Shown: piece by piece, positions 56,112 through 64,000 of the stretch | Numbering within the stretch: the stretch's first letter is position 1 | Layout: every line of letters begins with the position of its first letter | Source: the human T2T-CHM13v2.0 reference genome, Homo sapiens | Assembly (NCBI RefSeq): GCF_009914755.1 | Contig: NC_060930.1 | Reading direction: 5' to 3' (one strand) | DNA length: 64,000 nucleotides | Made by a program: the position numbers and the translations under genes | Notes under the pieces: generated by a model | The model's database searches: none | Told to the model about the DNA's origin: nothing | The model's input: the letters and a program-made list of their open reading frames with translations, nothing else

Positions 56112-59100
56112 GCAAGAATAAAGTTGGGGATTAAGAGGGTGGTGGAATGAAGAGGGATGGGTAAAGAGACCGGGAGAATGGGATATAGCTATTATAGAAG
56201 TCATTGCAGGTCAGGTGGTGGTAGAGGTTTAAAATGATCGGAAAGAGTCTGGTTTTTATTTTCTCTGAGTGAAGGTCTCTTGAGTGGAAATTAGAGAGCC
56301 ATAGGTCTCTCTTAGAAAGATGACTGACAGCTACATAAAGGATGTTTTAGAAGAGAAAGACCAGGTAAGGTGCTGTTATTCTCATCCATGTGGGAGGTTA
56401 AGTTTTTTGGTCCAATTTTCTTAGGGATATCTATTTAATAAGAGGTCTTTGTAGTGGCACTGCTTAGATATGACTTCCACTTGAGCTGGACAGATAGACA
56501 GCAACAGTAACCTAAATAGTGGGATTTGAGATTCAGAGGCTGAATAAGTATAGTCATCTATTTTTTCTCATTCCACTCTTGGTGTAGTTAATCCTTTTTA
56601 GAGCTTTTGATTCCATAGAAGCTCAGGATGTATGGATGCAATCTTGTTCACTTAGAGGTTCCCAACCCACAACCATGGGCACAGTAGCTCTTATATGTCC
56701 AGAGAAGGCTTCCAGAGAAGTCTCCAGAGAAGGCTAAAAATATGACGTCTGTCTACAGCTCTCAGCAGTGTGATCTAGTAAAAGAGTATGTGAAGTTCCC
56801 ATTTTCATCAAAAAGATAATTCATGTACCTAGCTAGCTGCATTTTGATAAGTGGTCTTAATATATTTACTGTAAGAAATTATAAGTATTTATGCAAGTCA
56901 GAGAGAATCTTGTTATTTAGCAATGCAGCTTTGTTAGAAATCTAATGGTAGTCTTCTAAAAAATAACTTTTGATTATGAAAATTTCAAACACATTTAAAT
57001 GTGTAGGGTTTAGTACAACAAATCTCCAGGTACTCTTCATCCAGTATCCATAATTACCAATTTATGGCAAATCTAATTTCTTCTATATACTTTCCCATTT
57101 TCTACCTCACTAGTCATTATTTTTAAAAAATCCTTCTTTTAGTGATACATCTTATTATTCTAAGTACATCTTACCAAAGACAAGGACTGCTCTTTTAAAA
57201 CATAACCACAAAATAACATTAGTCTTGTTCAAAGAGCTGTGAATGAGAAAAAGGTACAGATTTTTGGATGGGTTCACACTCAGAAATTTTTTTCAAGTGT
57301 TTTCAATGAATCTGAGTAATAAAGTCATAATGTGATTGCTAAACACTCTATGTACAGGAAGCTCTTGAAACTATGTTTCACTCTACTCAGCACACTGCCT
57401 GTGGGCTTCCCTTTCACCAGTTTCTTACCCCTAAGAGGCCACATTGTTTGCTGCTCATCAGAAGAGTGACTCTGTGATCTTAGGATGCCACAACATAGCT
57501 CGCCCAGCTCATTTCTGTATCAATTCCTGCTAAAAGGTCATTTTTGTTTTAACTGGTTGGTTGAGTCAGATGATAAGTGAAATATGATTCATGTGTATAA
57601 CAGCTTCCCATCCCTGCTCCTTTGCCAGCCCCTAACTCCACCCCTCAAATCAAAGTTCTGCTTAGCGCTCAAGATGTACAACTAATAGCTCTTCTTTGTA
57701 TGTGAATGACTAGTTAATTTTCCATCTTCTAACTCAGAAACCAATAGAACAGACCAAAGATACATGGACTCATAAATAGTGGACACCTGGGGGAAAAGAG
57801 TTCTAGGCCAAGAGAACAGAAACTACAAAGGCTCTGAGGCAGAAGCGTGCTTGACATTGTACTCCTGTGTACTGGTGTTGTGCCTTCTATAACAGCTAAA
57901 CAAGAAAACCCCCAAAAGGATCACAGGGCAGCAAAGCTACCAATGGTAGAGTTGTGTATCTGAGACTCAGAAAATATACTCCTTGATAATGTACAAGGGA
58001 AATAGGAGGAAATTTCAAGATAAGTCAAAGGTTTCTTATGTCATGGTAGCCCAGGGTACAAAAGTACAAGCTGATGTTAATTAACATCAAGAAATACTCC
58101 TAGAAAAGAAACATACCAAAACCTTGCCACACACAGAGGTGTTCAAGAATAAACGTATACTTGTAATGATAAAACTGGGCTCGCCTAATGATTTGGCGGG
58201 ATTCATTTGTGAGACACATAAAAAATGTCACATGAATGTTATTAACAGGGTTCTGCCACATGCACACCCCTCTGCATTTATAGTAGTGAATCAGAACACT
58301 TGGAATCATGCATCATCCTACACTTCTGGATATTCCCATCCACTAGATTCTTATCAAAAAGCAAGACGAAAAGAGAAAAAGACCAAAGCTTCTTCCTCTA
58401 TCTCACTTAAAACATGGCAGTAATAATTTGAGCTATGGAGTTGATCACTTTGAATTATAGGATGCTAGTTAGAACTTAGACATCATCTAGGATAATCAGC
58501 TCATTTTTCAATGAACAGCTGTCCACTGTCCGCACCCCCCTCCCTTTACTGCCCTATCCTCTTGCCACTGTCCTGCCCCCTCCCCTTCACCAGTTTCTGG
58601 TGCTGACTCTAGCATGCCTCCTGCTTGCTCCCAGCCAGCTCTCCCAGGATGAGTTCTGCTGCACAAGAAGACCAAAGCTTCGTACTTGTGCCTATTTGAA
58701 TTCTACCATTTGGGGATATGCTTTGCTCTTTTGCTGAAACCAGGAGAAACTGAATGAACACTGCAGCAAAAAAGAGGGTCCGTTTGAAGGGTACAGAGAC
58801 CTGATAAAGGAAGACCTGACCTTTTACAAGGGCAGCTCCAGGGATCTAAGCAGCAGAAGGGCTAAGATGCTACCATTCAAGCACTGAAGACCAGCTGACT
58901 TCTGCTGCTGGATTTTTTTCTACTCCAGATTTAAGTTATCAGACAAGAGGGATACCAATTGACCTGCCTTGGGTCAAGTGCCTATCCTTTGGTAGGGTTA
59001 GAGAATTCGGCATCCCTATCAGAACCACATGGAAGTGAGGATGGTAGAGATAGACAGAAAAAAGATAGAAGATAGAAGAGAAAAACACTTCTGTCAACTC

Positions 59101-59349
59101 CTAAAATTAACTGCTCTGTTCTGGAATTTTGCATGTGTGTCACGAAGGCTTATTTTTGGACCTTCTTTCTGTCTTGGGACCCAGTTTTTAGATTCAACAA
59201 TCTTGTGTGATTGGTCTTGATTTTGGTTCTGGACTATGCTTTGCAACCCTGCTTATCCCACAGTTTTAGGAAGAGCAAATATACTGCTACTCTGTTCGCA
59301 CTGTTGTGGGTTACTCTTCAGCAAAGGCAGTCAAAGCACTCCCATCTCT

Positions 59350-59490
59350 TAGCTCCATAATGGACAAGCTGAGCAGAAACAGACTCAGCAGAGATAGGGG
59401 AAACTTTGCCTAAGATGCTACAGATGGTTAGAGGCAGGTTCAGGACTAGAACTCAGGTATACTGATTTCCCATCCAGTGCTCTTTCCTTC
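59350..59490 (-). mobile_element. MIR SINE (antisense)
   Basis: gaaacagactcagcagag...aactttgcctaagatgctacag...ggactagaactcagg...ccagtgctctttcc. Confidence 0.7.
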
Positions 59491-60862
59491 TGTAGTAATT
59501 ATTTCCAGTCCAACATTTGAGAGCTAACCAGAAAAGGAGAATAGAGTTATTGCCAGAACATCAGCACATTCAGAAGAGTTTGAAAGCATGTGTCTTTTTG
59601 TGTGCAGGGATTGTGATTTGAACACATTAAAAATTAGAAATAGAATGTCAGCAGTTGTGTCCTGCTGGTATTGTAAAAAATCTTAAGAAGACAGATGGTA
59701 GTTTTGAAATAGAAGATTTAAAGAACTTTGTACTTTGCACTTTTCCACACATGTGACAGGTGGGAAAGGAAAAATGGCAGGAGGAAGACTGTCATGCATT
59801 CAGAGACAAGGTTCACACAGCCAGTTTTGGAGGTGAGCCAGATTACTGGACTGCAGCTCTATTATGAGTTGTTGCTTTCTCTATCACTTTGGGAGTGGGC
59901 GCTGTAGCTGCCGCCCACATTTACCATTGACTGCTCCACTACCTGCAACACACCCTATTTTGGAATCTCCTTCATTTGGGAACAGGGAGTGGCACAGGGA
60001 GGTCCCACATATGACCTCCCTGTTTTTAATAACCCCATCCCCAGGGAAAAAGAACAAGAAAGATTCCAACAGAAGATAAAGCAAAAAAAAAAAATTAGAC
60101 AAAATTTACCTGTCTCTGTGGCTATGTCAGAGAGGACACACAAAGGGGAAGATCCAAGGATGTGTTTATATGATGGAGGAAAGAAGGGCTTGCTCCCTTG
60201 TTCATGAGAGAAAATAGTATCTGCAGCATTGTGTATGAGCACTCTAATTTGTGTTTATTATTTTTACATTTTCAGTCTTCCCAACTATATGTGGAGCAGT
60301 ATCATTATCACTTGCCTCCACATATCTACAGCACTTCATATGGTGATTTGCAAACTGTATATGTTTAATTGTACTTAATTTGCAAACTGTAAATGCTTGT
60401 TTCTGAGAATAAAATACAAGTTTAAAATTTTTGTTGATTTTTAAAATCAATTGTATCTTAATGGAAGTTACTGAGTTACTCCTCAATTTCTGTTGCATTT
60501 CCACACATAATCCCTTAAGCCTTTTAGGTAAATCCTCAGTATTAATAAGAATATGATTTTAATCTGGATTACCATGAAGCAATTAGATTTGGCATGCAGT
60601 TTGTTGATAAAATAAGAGAACCATAAAACTAGAAGCAGCACAAGCTTTGACACTCAAGGGAGTATTTTCCAGGATAATTAATTGCCAATTTTATTTTAAA
60701 TACCATTATTTACCAAAATTATAGTTATATTCAGTATATATCATAAATTCTATGTGAACATGTATGGTAAAATGAACATAGTTAATTGTGTAAATAACAT
60801 AATAATACATATCTATATCTTAAGTATCTTTTTAAAACTGTACACCTAATGCTTTGATATTC

Positions 60863-61045
60863 TGAATTAGTTTTCTAGGGTTGCCGTAACAAAGTACCAC
60901 AAACTGGGGGGTTTAAACAACAGAACTTTATTCTCTCATAGTTCTGGAGGCTGGGAGTTCAAGATCCAGCTGCCAGGATGGCATAGTTCTGGTGTGGGCC
61001 CTCTTATGAGTTGCTGACTGCAAATTCTCTTTGTGTCTTCCACTT
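60863..61045 (-). mobile_element. MLT1A-type LTR 3' fragment (antisense)
   Basis: agggttgccgtaacaaagtaccacaaactgggg..tttaaacaacagaa..ttattctctcatagttctggaggctgggag. Confidence 0.85.
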
Positions 61046-61299
61046 TCCTGATAGAAAATCTTGACGTCTCTTGCGAAGAAAAAGACTTCTGTGCACATAC
61101 AGATTACTGCATCCTGTGCTACTCTCAGTCCTGCAGCCTGACCCATTCTACTTCCTGAGGGACCTAGAACCAACTCAAGCATTTTCAACTTCCCCCCATG
61201 GTTCTCACTGGTTTTAGCTCTTTACAAACAATAAGCTTCTCAATCAGCTGTCTATTCTTTGACCTTTTATTCCACAATTTTTTCCCACCAGCATTTAAG

Positions 61300-62100
61300 T
61301 GTGGTCAAATCTCCTCCAGTGCTGTCTCCTCTACCTTCTACCCCGAATCTCTTCCCCTGTCAAAGTCAAACTTCTTGAAAGAATTAATTCTTATTTCCAC
61401 TTCCCGCCTCCCATTTACTCCTCACCCCAGGGCAAGTAGCTTTTGATTTCTACCACTTTAAAGAAAGTACTGCAAAGCACAACATAAAGTTCAAACTGCT
61501 AAATCCAATAAACATTTTTTTTGGTCTTTTTCTTACTTATTACTCAGCAGTATTTGACAAAATTGGCCATGCCCTTCTTTTGAAATATTCTTTTTCCATA
61601 TATCTCCCTGCTCGGTCCTTCTTTTTTTTTTTTTTTTTTGGCAGCTGCCACTCCTCCATTCACCCCTTAAATACAGATTTCCTCCATGCTTTGTCCTAGG
61701 CTCTTGGCGCTCCTCACTCTGCACCCTCTCTCTGAGTAATCTCTTCCTGTTGCTGGCTTCAATTTCCATCTTATTTTGATGATTCCCAAATCTATCACTC
61801 CAGCCATCTGCTTTATAGAGATGTCTTCCCAGAAGTCCTACAGGCCTTTCAGACGTAATGTTCTGAATCTGAACTCATCATCTTCCCCCGACAAACCTGC
61901 TCTTTCTCCTGTGTCCCTTAGCTCAGTGGTGGCCATCACCTCCTCCCTAGGTGTCCAAGGCAGAAAACTGGCAGCATCCTCAACTCTTAATCCCTTCCCA
62001 TTCCTGACTCTCATCTCCTTCCTGGATTTCACCCTCCTCACTGGCTTTCCTCCCTCTGCTGCCATACGGAGGCTGCAGTGGTGCTTTAAAGTAAGCCAAC
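61300..62100 (+). mobile_element. L2 LINE fragment
   Basis: ctgctaaatccaat...ctcagcagtatttgaca...tgatgattcccaaatctatc.ctccagcc...aatctgaactcatcatcttccc. Confidence 0.75.
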
Positions 62101-62319
62101 TTGCTCATCACCCTGATTAACCACCAAACAGATAAACCTTGCTTCTCAGTTCGTGCTTTCTCTGTAGCTTCCATATTTCATCACTCTCCCCTTGCATCTT
62201 TAGTCAATAAGTTTCCTCTTTTCCTAGCACCCATTGTGATTTTTCCTGTGTTGCTCCCTTTACTGGAATACTCTTTTCTCCATTATCCCTTAAAATGGCA
62301 AACTCCTACTCTCTCAGCT

Positions 62320-62510
62320 CTTCCCCTGGCTGTGAGACTTGGGGTAAGTTAACTTAGCTATGCTTCAGTTTCCTCTTAAGTAAAATAGGGATAATACTAA
62401 TAATATTTGCTCCATGAATGTTACAAAAACCAAATGAAAAGAAAATATGCTTAGGACTTAAACTGAAACATACAAGGTACTCAATAAGTATTAGCTATTA
62501 TTATTATTAT
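62320..62510 (+). mobile_element. MIR SINE
   Basis: gctgtgagacttggggtaagttaactt...cttcagtttcctc..aagtaaaatagggataata...tactcaataagtattagctattatt. Confidence 0.75.
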
Positions 62511-63624
62511 TACTTATTGGACTCTGTTTATGTGTCACTTTATCCAGGACTCCTTGCCTGACTTGGAAAATCTCAGTGAGGAGACCCTCCTAACTACTTC
62601 CATGATCCAGTTCCTCTGCATTGTAATTGCTGCTTATTTGTCTGTCTGCTCCTCTCCCTACCACCTGCACATATTCCCTTCTCACCAAGGTACCCTGTAA
62701 GCCCTGTGGGAGAAGGAACCATAACTATCAGTTTTACTGTGGTATTCATATTCCTAGGAGAAGCTCGCAATTTTTTGTTGTCTGAATGAATATAGATGCA
62801 AAATTATTTCAATGTTTGATTGCTCTCTGTTTCTGCTAAGTCACCACTTTCTGAACCAGCTCTGAAGTGCTTGAACTCTTATCAAGCATGGGATTTGTGG
62901 CTATGTATAATCTTGCTAAGATTAGAAAGGACTATTAATGAGGTACAGCCTTTTTGACAGTACTGTCCAGTTTAGGTACATCATAACTCCAATTAGCCTT
63001 GGCAACACCCCAGCAACTAATAAACTGAATTCTGCATATCCTATTTGAGAGCAGAAGCTAATTAGACAAATTATGGTCTATCTGGTATTGGCATTTGTCT
63101 GGGAGACCCAGACTAACTGCAATAACCAATCACTGTCTTTGAAACGTAATGTAGGTCCCAGCTTGACTATTAGCAGCACTCACTTTAAATTGATACATAC
63201 CCAGTGGTTTGCTGGCACATGTTTAATACCTGGCTCTCAGGGGAAAAGCCCTAATTTTAGTGTTTGCTCATTTTCATGGTGTAAACAGTCCTACCTTGAC
63301 TGATGTCAATGTGACATTGCCAAATTCCTGAAATTTTACCAATAACTTTTTGCAAGTGGTGCAAGCAGGCTCCAGCACACTGCAGTCTAGATGGGTCGGT
63401 AGGGAGACTAGGTGAGCTTTACTTTCATGAATAAGAAATTCTCTTAAGAACATGAGAGTTAACTGTTCATAGTTGGAGAAAAATTTTGAAAGAAAGTAAT
63501 GATTCTGAGAGTGGCCTGGATCAGAATATTGCCAGGCTTTCCCTTAACATATGTGCACCTTAATAACTAGGGCTCTCCTCCTGCAGGCCAGGCTGGCACT
63601 GTCCCCTCCGTCATGGGGGAAGGG

Positions 63625-64000
63625 TGTGGTGGGCAGATGTCCATGTGCTAATTCTTAAAGTCTATGGATAGATTATATTACCTGACAAAGGAGAATTAAG
63701 ACTGCAGATGGAATTAATGTTGTAAATCAGCTAGCTTTAAAGTAGAGAGGTTATCCTGGATTATCCAGGGGACTCAATGTAATGAGAAGCGTCCTTAAAA
63801 GTGGAAGAGAGAGGCGAAAAGGGAGAACAGATAAATGGCAGCATGAGAAGGATTTAGCCTAATGATCCTGGCTTTGAAGAAAGCGGGGGAATCTACAAGC
63901 AAAAAAGGGTGGATGACCTCTAGAAGCTGGCAGAGAGGCACAGAAACAGTGTCACTAGAGCCATCCTAAAGAAACTGAGCCTGGCTGACATCCTGATATT
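63625..64000 (+). mobile_element. MLT1D-like LTR running off the window end
   Basis: tgtggtgggcaga...gcagatggaattaa...ttatcctggattatccagggg...ggctttgaaga...ctctagaagctgg. Confidence 0.8.

Noticed and set aside
58072-58089. Perfect 18-bp palindrome TGATGTTAATTAACATCA
   Set aside because: A 9-bp arm in AT-rich 64 kb is roughly expected by chance; no supporting context.

Overview
Primate (apparently human) genomic DNA, AT-rich and dense in interspersed repeats. It has one protein-coding gene, NDUFAF4 (C6orf66/HRPAP20, mitochondrial complex I assembly factor), on the minus strand. Three coding exons (47467-47602, 46545-46648, 40904-41191) join through GT-AG introns into an intact 175-aa ORF, with a CpG-island promoter (~47150-47950) and a 3' UTR of up to ~1.8 kb carrying tandem AATAAA signals. 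The rest is intergenic or intronic: Alus (J, S, Y, Ya5-like, FLAM), L1/L2/MIR relics, MaLR LTRs (full-length THE1B-type with TSD, MST, MLT1) and DNA transposon fossils (MER5, MER44, MER94). I found no evidence of a new multi-gene system; almost all other ORFs in the track are repeat-derived or random. The best leads are: a 124-bp inverted copy of THE1 internal sequence inside the same element's 3' LTR, stacked uORFs at the NDUFAF4 start codon, an exon2/exon3 junction that regenerates a 5' splice site, a MER5-derived candidate divergent first exon, a tail-less AluY with a perfect TSD, and a CpG-preserved AluS beside the island. Repeat subfamily calls are from recalled consensus sequences, and boundaries of old repeats are approximate.
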